From the NCBI GenBank assembly GCA_030390025.1, contig CM059431.1, forward strand, positions 94,428,001 through 94,492,000: 64,000 bases of DNA. Reading direction: 5' to 3'. The notes under the pieces were generated by a model. It saw only the letters and a program-made list of their open reading frames with translations, made no database searches and was not told the DNA's origin. This DNA is from Squalus acanthias. Taxonomy: Eukaryota. Positions 27,665 to 39,703 of the stretch are shown piece by piece. The position numbers were made by a program, and so were the translations under genes. Numbering within the stretch: the stretch's first letter is position 1; the number at the start of each line of letters is the position of its first letter.

Positions 27665-29475
27665 ATTCTCTTTGCCAGAAAAGTAATGAGGTACAGCAAC
27701 TAAAGTAGCAACAAAGTTAGGATGAACTAGGCAAAACTACCTCACAAAGCGTTGAGTCAATGTAGAAGTCTCTCTCTCTCTCTCTCCGAATCTCTCTCTC
27801 TCTCTCAGAACGAGTGGTGCATAAATGTCGACCACAGAAAAAAACAGGAAGAGGCCCCCTTTAAATAGCGCCCCCCCCAGCCCCACACCGATTGATAACG
27901 TTCCAGTCTTCCGGTCGTTGGAAGCGCCAGGCGGTAAGGCAGGGGGCGCCACTCAATTTCCGCTCCGGGGCGCCCCAAGGGCGTTGCACCATGGAATGAC
28001 GTCACAATCTGCGCGCGCAGGTGGTCGCAGCGGTAAGTTTTAGCGCCGCCGCACAATCTCAAGTTAAGTTCTCGAGCGGCGCAAACAGCACTGCGCCCGG
28101 GCGTTAGCGGCTTAACGCCCCATTAGCGCCCTCTTAAGGCGCTAACGGGAGGCGCAACCAAGTGAATTTTTCCCCCCAAGAATTTTAAATGAGGTGCGAG
28201 GGGTGGAATAAGGTGAGATGCTCAAAGGAGGAGAAAGTGCTGGAGGAGTAGGGGGACAGACCAAGGTGTGATTTGGTGATGAGAGCCACACCACCACCAC
28301 GGCGGTCTGAGTGGGGAAAGAGGTGGAAGGTATAGTCAGGCGGGGAGGCTTCATTTAAGGGTAAGGTGTCATCACCCCTCAACCAAGTTTCCGTCACGGC
28401 CATGATGTCAATGCAATCAACCACGATAAGCTCATGGATGGCAAGGGCCTTGTTCGCAAGTGAACGGACATTCTGGGCGGGAAGATTGGCGAGAGAGTAG
28501 GATGGGACAGTTGGGGTTGCTGCTTGTAAGGAGGCAGCGACGAGTGCCTCGATGGGCCCTTCGTAGGATTCCAAAAGAGGCACAGAGGGATGCCGTAGTC
28601 ATATCTAAGAGGGAGTCAAGCCTGGGACGGTGGCAAGAGACTAGGAAGGTCGAAGAGCAATGAAGGATTGGGGTAGGCATTTGGGAGGGCAGAGTATCTG
28701 AGAGAGGAGAGATGAAAGGTGGCATGGCGACAGGAGAGGGCGGTCAGGGAGGGATAGAGAGAAAAGGAAAGGGGAGAGAGACAAAGTGGAAAAATATTGA
28801 ACTATTAAGAACTATCAAACTTTTAATGAAAATTAAGATGTATTAAAACAAGCTTAAGAAGAAGAAACAGTACGCAAATACCTCAAAGGAACAAGTGCAG
28901 TCTTCCTATAAAGTCATGTGGATGTGCTAAAGAGAAGCAGGAATCCAGGGATAGAAGCCCAGAATCTCTCAGAAATCTTCAAATCACCAAACTGATGGGA
29001 GAATTTCCTTCTTCTGTGTTAGAGATTACAACAGTTCAGGCAGTATGAGCAGAACTCTGCTCACAAATCAGATGGGTTACAAGTTGCAGCCTTTGGACTT
29101 ACACCTCTCATCGTTTTCTAGCATTACCGTTCCATTAGGCCAAGCTCGTGGGGAGAAGGTGCGACATTTGTCTTCACTTTGGGTTGAATTTCCTGTCACT
29201 GTTCGCAATTATCTAACTTGCTGTGGTGATAAAATAGGCTCCTCTAACCTGTGTCGCAAGCCTGTTGAATGTTTGTACAGTTATACCAGTGTTTTCACTA
29301 CCTTCGAGATCTTTTCTATTATGTTTGCTATAATGCTCAACTGCCAGGTGGATTTCACAGACTAATTGCTGTAGAATTACTGTGGGCAGGTTTTTCCTGT
29401 AACATTTTCTATTCTTTTAGGGTGTTGGTTCAAATCTCACTCCAGAGAATGGAGCACATAATCGAGGCTAGCACA

Positions 29476-30827
29476 TGTAGGGGGTGGTGTGGTAGGGTCA
29501 GCTTCACCTCTGACTCAGTGAGCGGTTCGAATCGTTCCCATGGCACTGGTTCTCGACCTTGGACTTATTTGGGGGTTGTGAACAAAGGTGCAGTAGACAA
29601 CAGGTATTAATGAAATAATTTTGACTTTTATTCAAGAAAGTAAAACACAACACAAACACTCTTAATATTCTAAAGGTGGGGAACATTTTGGTACACGCGA
29701 GGGAAATAACATTAGAAGAATACTTCACCCATCCCAATCCCACTTCACTAGCTAGGTTGGACTCTGGAGAACCAGGGATAATGCTCACCAAACGAATCCT
29801 TGACAGTTGAGAGTTAGGGTTTAGAGTCCTTTGAGTAAAAGGTTTTGTCAGGCCCGTGTTGCCGCAAGGTGTCCGATGGTCACTGAGGCAGTCGCTCTGG
29901 TCTCTTCTTGCATGTCGGCCTACTTCTGGAGCTGTTGGCTTTCTTTGTTGAACTGCTTTCTGTTTAAACTGTCTTCTTCCGAGCTGTGGAACTGCCTTCT
30001 TGCAGAACTGTGGAAACTGCCTTCTGCCTGCTTGTTGAACTTGAACTGTTTTATTGGAGAACTGGAGAACTCCCTTCTTACTGAACTGTCTTCTTTAACT
30101 GGCCAACTTGCTTCTCCTGAACTCTGTAATTCCAGCACTGACTTCTGCTGAAAAACAGGCTTTCAAATTGAACTGCAGAACTGCCTTCTGTTGAACTTGA
30201 ACTGTTGTTACTCCTGAACTGCTTGATGGGCCTTCAATTATACTGAATTGAAGTGGCCTTATAAAACCAAATCAAATCCCGGTCATTGTAAGACCTCGTT
30301 AACAGTAACGACTTTACTAGCGTGTTAACTGGTTTTGTAAATGTGTGAAGTGGTTTCAAAATAGCTCCATCCTGTCGATCTGTTGTTTAATCGGAGTTTG
30401 AATTGTCCTCATGTTTTGGGTTTCTTGACTGGGTCTAGGACTTCGATCGAATATTTGCTTTATGCATGTCTTTAATGGGTTCTGTAATCGGTTTGATGGG
30501 ACCTGTTGTTTTGGGTGGGGCTGTCTCCTCCTAGGGTCTATTGTCAAAATGTTAATGCTTGCTGGGGCTTGAGTGAGGTCATCCCGATTCCCCAGACAAT
30601 GCAATTTAACTGCAATACCCAAAACTGCTTTTACAGAGGTCGAACCCAACTTCCTTCACAGCCTTTTCTCCCTTCACAGGCCCAGACATGCTTTTAAAAT
30701 GCCAAAACTTGGTTTTTGGTCTTACAGTCTCTTAGGTTAGGCCCACATGCATTTTTATCATTCTGAGGTAGTTCCAAACTCCTATTTCCTTAGGTTTTGG
30801 GGATCTGCAAATTTTGGAAACCTTACA
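29476..30827 (-). mobile_element. Solo LTR, family 2 (~1.35 kb), inserted in the DeuSINE
   Basis: TG..CA ends; 4-bp TSD caca; homologous to 52130-55325; absent from copies A and B. Confidence 0.92.
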
Positions 30828-31598
30828 CACATCAGTGCAGTATTGAGGGAGTGCTGTACTGTTGGAGGTGCCGTCTTTCAGATGAGACGTTAAACTGATC
30901 ACCCATCTACCCTCTCAGGTGGATGTAAATGATTCCATGGCACTATTTTGATGTCCTGGCCAATATTTATCCCTCAACCAACATTATTAAAACAGATTAT
31001 CTGGTCATTATCACATTGCTGTTTGTGGGACCTTGCTGTGTTCAAGTTGGCTTCTGCATTTTCGACATTACAACAGTGACTACGGGGGCGATTTTCTCAG
31101 CCCCGAGGAGGCGGGTTTGGTGGCGGGAACGGTGGGAAAATCGCAAAAATTGAGTGCGGGTTCGGAACCCGCCTCCGCACAATTTTGCCGGTGCCGGTTT
31201 TGCAGGGTGGGAAACAGTCCCTCCTCCAGTAGCCCAGAGAGGTTGTTAAGAGCCTTAAATGGTCGATAAGGGCCTCTCTAATCCTATTTTGAGAGGCCCT
31301 CGTTATTTTTCAACATGTTCAGCGTGTTCCACGACCCTCCTAAACCTCGCCAGCCAAACCTGGCGGGTTGACAAGTGGGTGGCCTCCTCAAAGCTGCAGC
31401 ACCACCATTAAAACGGAGCTTTCATCAGGAATTAGTTGCAGATGGCAGAACTTTGCTTTAAAAAGTCATTCAGCACTTTTAACAGGCCTTCCGAAGTCGG
31501 AGGTGCTGCAGCTTCTTATATCAACAGTGGGACCTGCTTGGAAGACCCTCTCCCCGCTTGGAATTAGCGCTTCCCCAACGAAGGCATCTGCAAGCAGC

Positions 31599-33620
31599 AT
31601 GGGAACCATTCATTTCCTTTCACCATGGACCTCAGATTCAGATGAGGAGCATCCACGGCAGCAGCAGAACCAGGCAGCTCAGCAGCAACAGCAGCAGGAG
31701 CCCCAACCTCCTGCTCAGCCACCTGATGCTGCACAGGGCAGAAGGCGCCAGCGCATCGAGGCACCTCACCGCAGGAGATACCCCCGACAGAGGGTTTACA
31801 GACAGGGCATGAGCTACCTCAACATGAGTGAGCAGCAGTGCAAAGGAGGCTGAGACTTTCACGAGAGGTTGTCCGAGAGATCTGCAGACTGCTGCAGTAA
31901 GACCTGGTGCTCAGAGGAATAGGTGGACACCCCTTACCAGTGGCTATCAAAGTCACCACCGCACTCAACATTTTTGCCTCAGGCTCCTTCCAGGGATCAT
32001 CAGTAGACATCAGAGGCATCTCCGAGTCGGCCGCCCACAGTTGCATCACGCAGATTACTGATGCCCTTTTCGCAAAAGCGCACAACCACATCCAGTTCTC
32101 AAGGGATCACGCAAGTGTAACCGCGTGTTCGGTTGGCTTTGCAAATATGGCAGGCATGCCAATGCTGCAGGGCGTCATAGACTGCATACATGTGGCCCTT
32201 AGGTCACCCCATCATAACCCAGCTATCTTTGTCGACCGAAAGGGCTTCCACCCACTCAAAGTACAGCTGGTGTGTAACCACAAGAAGGAGTTTTTGCATG
32301 TTTGTGCCAAGTTCTGTTGTAGTTGCCATGACTCTTTCATCCTGCGGCACTCTAGTGTTCCTCCGCTTTTCAATCCACCAAACCAACTTAACGGATGGCT
32401 CCTTGGTGACAAAGACTACCCCCTGAAGAAGTGGCTAATGATGCCGATCAGGAGGCCAGCTAATGAGGCTGAGGAGCGCTACAACGCCAGCCACACTTCG
32501 ACCAGGTCCATCATCGAGCAAACCATTGGGTTGTTGAAGATGCGCTTCCGATGCCCTGCAGTATACACCATACAGGGTCTCCAGAATGGTCGTGGTCTGC
32601 TGTGCACTGCACAACATCGCACAGCGTCGTGGCTTGCAGCTTCCTGATGAGCAAGTGGCTCAGTTCAGGCCTACTCAAATGAGGATGAGGAGGAGGAGAA
32701 TGAGTAGGCTCAGGAGGAGGATGAGGAGGAGGATGAGCTGGAGGAGGAGGAGGAGGAGGAGGAGGAGGAGGAGGAGCAGGAGGAGGAGGAGGAGAAGGAG
32801 GATGAGCTGGAGGAGGCTCAGGAGGAGGAGGAGGAGGAGGAGGAGAAGGAGGAGCAGGAGGAGCAGGAGGAGGAGGAGCAGGAGGATGAGCTGGAGGAGG
32901 CTCAGGAGGAGGATGAGGAGGATGAGCTGGAGGAGGAGGAGGAGGAGGAGCAGGAGGAGGAGGAGGAGGTGGAGGAGCAGGAGGAGGAGGAGGAGCAGGA
33001 GGAGGAGGATGAGGAGGAGGAGGAGCTGGAGGAGGAGGAGGAGCAGGAGGATGAGCTGGAGGAGGCTCAGGAGGAGGATGAGGAGGATGAGCTGGAGGAG
33101 GAGGAGGAGGAGCAGGAGGAGGAGGAGGAGGAGGAGGAGGAGGATGAGGAGGAGGAGGAGCTGGAGGAGGAGGAGGAGGAGGAGCAGGAGGATGAGGAGG
33201 AGGAGGAGCTGGAGGAGGAGGAGGAGCAGGAGGAGGAAGAGCAGGAGGAGGAGGAGGATGGAGGAGGAGAGCAGAGGAGGAGGAGGAGGAGGGAGGAGGA
33301 GGATGAGGAGGAGGAGGAGCTGGAGGGAGGAGGAGGAGATGAGGAGAGCAGGAGGATGAGGAGGAGAGGAGCTGGAGGAGGAGGAGGAGCAGGAGGAGGA
33401 GGAAGAGCAGGAGGAGGAGGAGGATGAGCTGGAGGAGGAGGAGGAGGAGGAGCTGGAGGAGGAGGAGGAGCAGGAGGAGGAGGAAGAGCAGGAGGAGGAG
33501 GAGGATGAGCTGGAGGAGGAGGAGGAGGAGGAGCAGGAGGAGGACCGAGCACCGGTCTATCGACCAGCAGCAGCGGCAGCACACGAGCACATGGCTGCCC
33601 GTGATGCAAGGGATGAACTT
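31599..33620 (+). pseudogene. Harbinger transposase pseudogene with expanded poly-Glu tail
   Basis: ORFs 31368-31853, 31907-32647 and 32586 onward in shifting frames. Confidence 0.85.
32681..33545 (+). repeat. Imperfect (GAG)n expansion with higher-order blocks
   Basis: ~865 bp of GAG interspersed with GAT/CAG/CTG/GCT. Confidence 0.97.
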
Positions 33621-35101
33621 ATCTTGGCCAGATTTGCATAGTTTGCCCATGTTGCCACATGTCCTTGGCTCCATCTTAAGATATCATAGACAATGGACAT
33701 GATTCTCTGGCCTCCTTTCACTCTGGCCACCAACCTGACAACGCAAGTGTCGCGGAGCCCGCAATGTGGAGCTGCCTAAGGCGAAAGAACAGGTGCCATC
33801 ACACCAACATTTTGCCATCAAATCATTTTAATGCTTTCCACCAGGGATGGCATTTCATCAATACACATAAACATTCACCCAATCTGCACACAGATCTGGA
33901 GGTTATATCCCTTGCCAGCTGGACCCACACAGCCTTGGTTTCTTTGGGCGGCCTCTTCCTCCCAGATGAGTGGAAGAGCACCTCCCTGCTAGCTCTCACC
34001 CCCTCAACCAACGTTTGCAGCGCTTCATCCGAGAACCTCGGGGAGGCTCTTGCCTTGGAATTGGACAGAGTGGTTTCTCAGAATATGTTGCAGGTGGCGC
34101 AGCATTGACAGAAATCCTGTGGAATGATCCAAGGCAGCAAGCAGCCCTTAGCTCAGGCTGGAAAAGTGCTGTCAGCAGAGGCGAGTTTCAGTCCCAAAAC
34201 ACTAATTGACCAAGGGCAACCCACACCTCTGAAATCAACTGGCCAATCAGGGGAAAATCGCAATTTTTTCAAACCTATCAGTGGAGGCGGGTTTCAAACC
34301 CGCCCAAACCAAAACCCACCTCCAACCTGTCTCCAGTGGGAAAATCGCCCCCTACACTTCAAAAGTACTTAATTGGCTGTTAAAGCGCTTTGGGAGAACC
34401 TGGGTTCATGGAAATCATTATAATCACCCATTTCACATCTTTATGGTTTTACTTTCCAAGTATTAGTCATGTCTACATGCTCCCTTTCTTCTCTAATTAA
34501 CTTCCTGTCTTCAATGGGCTTGAATTACAAAGGAAATTATATAGACGGAAATAACAACGTGTCACTCTAAAATGCCAAACTTGTTAATTATACATCTCTA
34601 TACGAGGTTGTTGTACAGCATGATTGGCGCCAGTGAAAATTCCACTGTCAGACCACCTGTACTGAATGAATCAAACAGGCTCAAGCTGCCTGAAGTGAGC
34701 ATCCATAGAGAGATAGATTGGCTAAGGCTGCAACATTTGCAAACAAGATCCAAGGATTGCAGGGATTGGGCTTTATAAAGAATTAAGGGGGCTGAATTTC
34801 ATTACCCCCTCCCCTCCACCCCAAAGTTAGACAGGAGCACCTGAACTGCACTGACTGCCCAGGCAAAAGTGCAGCTAATTTTGGTTCACATGGCCCTGTC
34901 ACACCTGAAGCATGGACACGTCCCTACCCCCTCCTCTCTACTATCCCAAACAGGGGTCAGGAATAGCCTGAAGCCCAACAGATACAGATCTAAACACCAA
35001 CCTCAAACTAGTACTGCAATAAAAAATTGTCCATCTACCTTTTAGCATTGTTGCCTGGCCTCATGACACTCTCTGATCTGAGGGCTCACTGGCACTAGGC
35101 T

Positions 35102-36414
35102 CCATCAACCTCATCTTTCAATTAGGTACTTTACAGCCTTCTGGACTCAACATCGAGTTCAACAATTTCAGACCATAACCTCCGCCCCTGTTTTTTTTCA
35201 CATGGCAGCTGCTGATGATTCTGCCATTCCCATTTACACCTCATCTAGACTCATCTTTTGTTTCTTAACTTGTCCCATTACCATCTCCTTTTGTCTTTTC
35301 ACAATCATCCCTTTTGTCTTTTAATCTCTCCTGCCTTCCACCCTATCACAGACCTTCCCTTTTGTTCTTTCTCCCCTCCCCCCCTTTCCCTGCCCCTGCA
35401 CTTGCTTAAAAATTTGTTACATCTCTAACTTTTTCCAGTTCTGATGAAGAGTCATTGAACTGAAACAATGGGCTGGATTTTGAATGACCCATGGAGTCGG
35501 GTTTGGAGGCGTGTGGGGGGTTAAATTTGCGGGGTCGGGGTTTCCGACCCCATCCCGACTCCACGCAATTTTGACAGAATCAGTCGCAGGGTTCCCGAAT
35601 CCGTCCCACCTTCAAGAGGCGGGAGAGGCCATTAAAGCCCTTAACAAGCTCTAAATTGGCTCGGTAATGCCATTTTGAAACGCTGTAGCTAGTTTAACCC
35701 TCTTCTGACGTGAAGCACGCCTGGTGTGAAACACTCCAGTGAAACCTGGCGGGAGCACAAGTGGATAGCTGAGTATCGGCTGCAGGTCCACTATTACAAC
35801 GGAGATGTGATGAAGGTAGTAGTAGTAGTATTACGTCTGAACGTCCCTCTGATGCTGCTGCATTGAATGTATTCAGAGACTGCCTGGGAGGACTTGCTTG
35901 GAAAAAAAATTCTCTCTCTCTCTCTCTCTCTCTCCTCCCCGTCTCTCTCTCTCTATCCTCCCCATCTCTCTCTCTCTCTCCTCCCCGTCTCTCTCTCTCT
36001 CTCTCTCTCTCCTCCCCATCTCTCTCTCTCTCTCTCTCCTCCCCATCTCTCTCTCTCTCTCTCTCTCCTCATCACACCCCCCCCCCATTTTTGCATCCAG
36101 GTCCACTCACATCAAAAGCCAGGCAGGTCCTCTCTCACCAATAGTCTCTGAGACTAGGCAGTCAGCAATGATGACATCATCAGAGGTGACTTTCAGACTG
36201 AAAACACTAATTAGTTCATGGGTTCCCACATGCTCCAACTCAATTGCCCAATTAAGTGAAAATTGCATCAGGCATCCACATTAATCTGGAGTCGGGGGGG
36301 AAACACAAAATGCGGATTACACGACCCCAAGACAAAATCCAGCCCAAACTGTTTCTCTCTCCACAGATGCTGCCTGACCTGCTGAGTATTTCCAGCATTT
36401 TTTGTTTTTATTTT
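35102..36414 (+). mobile_element. Penelope-like element 3' end (endonuclease C-terminus plus pLTR with hammerhead), split by a MITE
   Basis: LIFQLGTLQPSGLNIEFNNFR at 35110-35172; CTGATGA..GAAAC at 35441-35466; pLTR resumes at 36346. Confidence 0.8.
35470..36345. mobile_element. Non-autonomous Harbinger-type element containing a CT microsatellite (35911-36070)
   Basis: TIR GGGCTGGATTTTG/CAAAATCCAGCCC. Confidence 0.85.
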
Positions 36415-37545
36415 GGCCAAGGTTGTCTGGAGGACAAGTTCAAGGAATGCATTTGAGACAGTTTACTAGAATACATCATGGAACTAACCAGGGAACAGGC
36501 TATTTTAGATCTTGTATTGTGTAATGAGACAGGGTTAATTAGTAATCTCATAGTAAAGGATCGTCTGGGGAAGAGTGATCATAAGATAGAATTTCACATT
36601 GGGTTTGAGAGTGAAATACTTAAATACGAAATGAAAGCCTTAAACTTAAATAAAGCCAATTACATAGGTATGAGAGGTGAGTTGGCTAAGGTAGATTGGG
36701 AAATTAGATTAAAAGGTATGATGGTAGATAAGCAGTGGCAAACATTTAAAGAAATAGTCTAAAATTCTTAACGAATATACATTCCATTGAGAAATAAAAA
36801 CTCCACGGGAAAAATGATCTATCTATGGCTAACTAAAGAAGTTAATGATAGTATTAGATTAAAATAAGGGGCTTATATTGTTGTGAAGAATAGTAGTTAG
36901 CCTAAGGCTAGGGAGAGCTTTAGAAACCAGCAAAGGATGACCAAAAAATTGATAAAAAAGGAAAAAATAGAATATGAGAGTAAACTAGCATGAAATATAA
37001 AAACAGATTGTAGTAGCTTCTACAAGTATGTTAAAAGGAAGAGTAGTAAAAGTAAGCATTGGTCCCTTAAAGGCTGAAACAAGTAAAATTATAATGGGGA
37101 ATAAGGAAATGGCAGAGACTTTAAACAAATATTTTGTATCTGTCTTCACAGTAGAAGACACAAAAAGCATACCAAAAATAGTGGTGAATCAAGTTGCTAA
37201 TGAAAGTGAGGAAATTACAGTAATTAATATCAGTAGAGAAAAAGTACTTGAGAAACTGTTGGGATGAAAAGTTGGCAAAATCCCTGGACCTGATGGCCTA
37301 CATCTGAGGGTTCTAAAAGAGGTGGCTGCAGAGATAGTAGATACATTGGTGGTCATCTTCCAAAATTCCCTAGATTTTAGAATGGTCCAAGCAAATTGGA
37401 AGGTAGCAAATGTAACCCCATTATTCAAGAAAGGAGAGAGAGAGAAAAGGGGGAACAACAGGCCAGTTAGCCTGACATCAGTCATCCGAAAAATGCTGGA
37501 AAGCATTATTAAATGAGTGGTAACAGGGCACTGAGAAAATCATCA

Positions 37546-38226
37546 GGGCCTGAATTTGTTAAGAGGCTTCCCGTGGGGAAATGACTCCTATCCGCAAATA
37601 AAATGCCCGTGTACCTAGTGGTCCGGGAGGTATGGTGATTCGTGGTCCTGGGCCTCTCTGGCTACCCGTGAGTAGAGGTCCACATATCCCAGGGGCGCCC
37701 CTGCGATCATGTGGGCTGGCCCCCCCAATGAAAGAAGGGAATCACCATTCATGCTTATGGGGAATACAACTACACATCAAATAAATAAAAAGAACTATTA
37801 CAGATTTAAAATTAATTAAATTGCCATTTAATTAAATATTTAAAACAAAAATTTAATTTTTTGAAAAATAAATGTAAATGTTTTAAAGGGGCTAAAAATA
37901 ACCTCACCTTATTGCACAGGTTTTTTAATTTTTAAATGATTGGGACAAAAATATTTTAATGTTTTTTTAAACTCTTATGCTGGTAAAAGCAGGCCTTACG
38001 CCTGCTTTTACCAGGCGTAAGAATTTCATGGGCATTTGCTGGGCAGAACTCCACCTGTGGATGCCCTTTTCCCACAGATGTGTTGGATCTGTCAAGAATC
38101 TTCTTGACAGGTCGCAAGTTCCGGGTTCTTGCGCATGCGTTTGCACACGAAAACCCAGAACTTGCACGGCCCTTACAGGCGCATACATACCTTGTACACA
38201 ACCGTAGGGGCCGCAAATTACGGGCC
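37546..38226. mobile_element. Short non-autonomous TIR element (Harbinger-like) in CR1
   Basis: Imperfect TIR gggcctgaatttg/caaattacgggcc; CR1 frame ENH|NMIRQSQ resumes. Confidence 0.7.
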
Positions 38227-38665
38227 AATATGATTAGACAGAGTCAACATGGTTTTATGAAAGGGAAACCATGTTTAACAAATTTATTAGAAATTTTTGA
38301 GGATGTAACTAGCAGGGTAGATAAAGGGAAACCAGTGGATGTAGTATATTTGGATTTCCAAAAGGCATTCGATAAGGTCCCACATAACAGGTTGTTACGC
38401 ATGATAAGAGCTCATGGCTTTGGGGGTAATATATTAGCAAGGATAGAGGATTGGTTTTATAGACAGAAAACAGAGAGTAGGGATAAGCGGGTCATTTATC
38501 TGGTTGGCAGGCTTTAACTAATGGGTTGCCACAAGGATCAGTGCTTGGGCCTCAGCTATTTACAATCTATATTAATGACTTTGAGGAAGAGACCTAGCAT
38601 AATGCATCTAACTTTGCTGACAATACGAAGCTAGGTGGGAAAGTAAGCAATGAGGAGGACACCAG

Positions 38666-39509
38666 AGGCTGGATTTTCTCAGCCCCGAGGAGGCGGGCAT
38701 GGAGGCGGGACTACCGGTAAAGTAGCAGAAAGTGGGGGTGGATGGCAAACCCACCCCCATCCCACCTCCATGCCCTTTTGCCAGGAGGCGGGAAGATGTG
38801 CTGCTTCGGGTCCCGTCTCCTGGAGGCAGGAAAGGGATTCAATCCTTTTAACTGCCTGTTAATAGCGAGTTAACAGGCAGAAAAAAGGATTAGTGCCATT
38901 TTCCCTGCTCAGGTGAAGGCTTCTCGACCTAGGAGAACCCTGTCGGGTTGGAGGAGACGTGAAGGAGGTCTGCCGGGGGTCGGAGGCACCTGAAAGTAAG
39001 ATGTAGAAGTGAGTGATGGGTGCAAATGTGGAGTGGTAATTATGGAAGGTGTTAAAAAATGTTTTAAAATGTTCACTTACCTTGTTTTCTGCCTACAGCC
39101 TTCATCCACCCTGGATCGGGAGACCCAACATCTTCCTTGTCAATTTCACAGACTGGCTGTTGGACCCTCCAACCCAACAGCCATCTGAAATCTACAAAGT
39201 TGAAAAGTTTGATGAGTCCTGAACACAAGGACTCATCAAACTACAGAGAATGTCAATGTTTGACAGCTTCACAGAGCTGTCAAATGCTGACATTTCTTCT
39301 TTCAAGAAGTCTTGACAGATAGCACGTCAGACGTTGGCGTGCTCTGTCAGTGACTTCCCCCTAATTGGCCTGCTGAGCCCGCAGGGCGGGCTTACAAGGT
39401 CAATCAGGGGAAAATCCCTCTGGTTGGCCAGAAGATGATGGAGACGGGACATTGACCCGACAAACAGCAGTCCCACCTCCAACTCGTCTCCATTGAGAAA
39501 ATCCAGCCC
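38666..39509. mobile_element. Non-autonomous Harbinger-type element in CR1
   Basis: TIR GGCTGGATTTTCTCA/TGAGAAAATCCAGCC; CR1 EEDT|SLQRDID resumes. Confidence 0.85.
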
Positions 39510-39703
39510 AATGAGTCTGCAAAGGGATATAGACAGGTTAAGTGAGTGGGCAATAATGTGTCAGATTGTGTATAATGTGGGTATATGTGAGGTTATTCAC
39601 TTTGGTAGGAAGAATAGAAAAACAGAATATTTTTTAAATGGTGAGAAACTATTAACTGTTGGTGTTCAGAGACATTTAGGTGTCCTCATACAGGAAACAC
39701 AGA

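Larger units (their letters stand above)
23977..28177 (+). mobile_element. Second full-length Harbinger of the same family, inactivated
   Basis: TIRs GGGGTAGAAATT/AATTTTTCCCC; empty site at ~3603; Myb stop at 24528 plus frameshift; transposase frameshift near 26840. Confidence 0.93.
17245..28790 (-). mobile_element. L2-clade LINE, copy C, interrupted by two full-length Harbingers
   Basis: (TTG)n tail; [32 protein letters not shown] (22117-22692); APE at 28185-28583. Confidence 0.92.
31084..34352 (+). mobile_element. Harbinger (second family): degenerate transposase on +, Myb remnant on -
   Basis: TIR GGGGGCGATTTTC/GAAAATCGCCCCC; TSD tac; GVIDCIHV, LLGDKDY, IIEQTIG; Myb remnant 33823-34060. 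Confidence 0.92.
1..35100. repeat. Tandem segmental triplication, ~9.02-kb basic unit (copy A <1-8224, copy B 8225-17244, copy C 17245-~35100 expanded by insertions)
   Basis: Position 1 matches 9024 (tccagaactggatgtcggac); ORF track repeats at +9023 to +9033; unique segments 4370-5900 recur at 13400-14930 and 28820-35050. Confidence 0.95.

Noticed and set aside
32511..33702. Long poly-Pro/Arg/Leu/Ser ORFs
   Set aside because: Alternate frames of the GAG repeat
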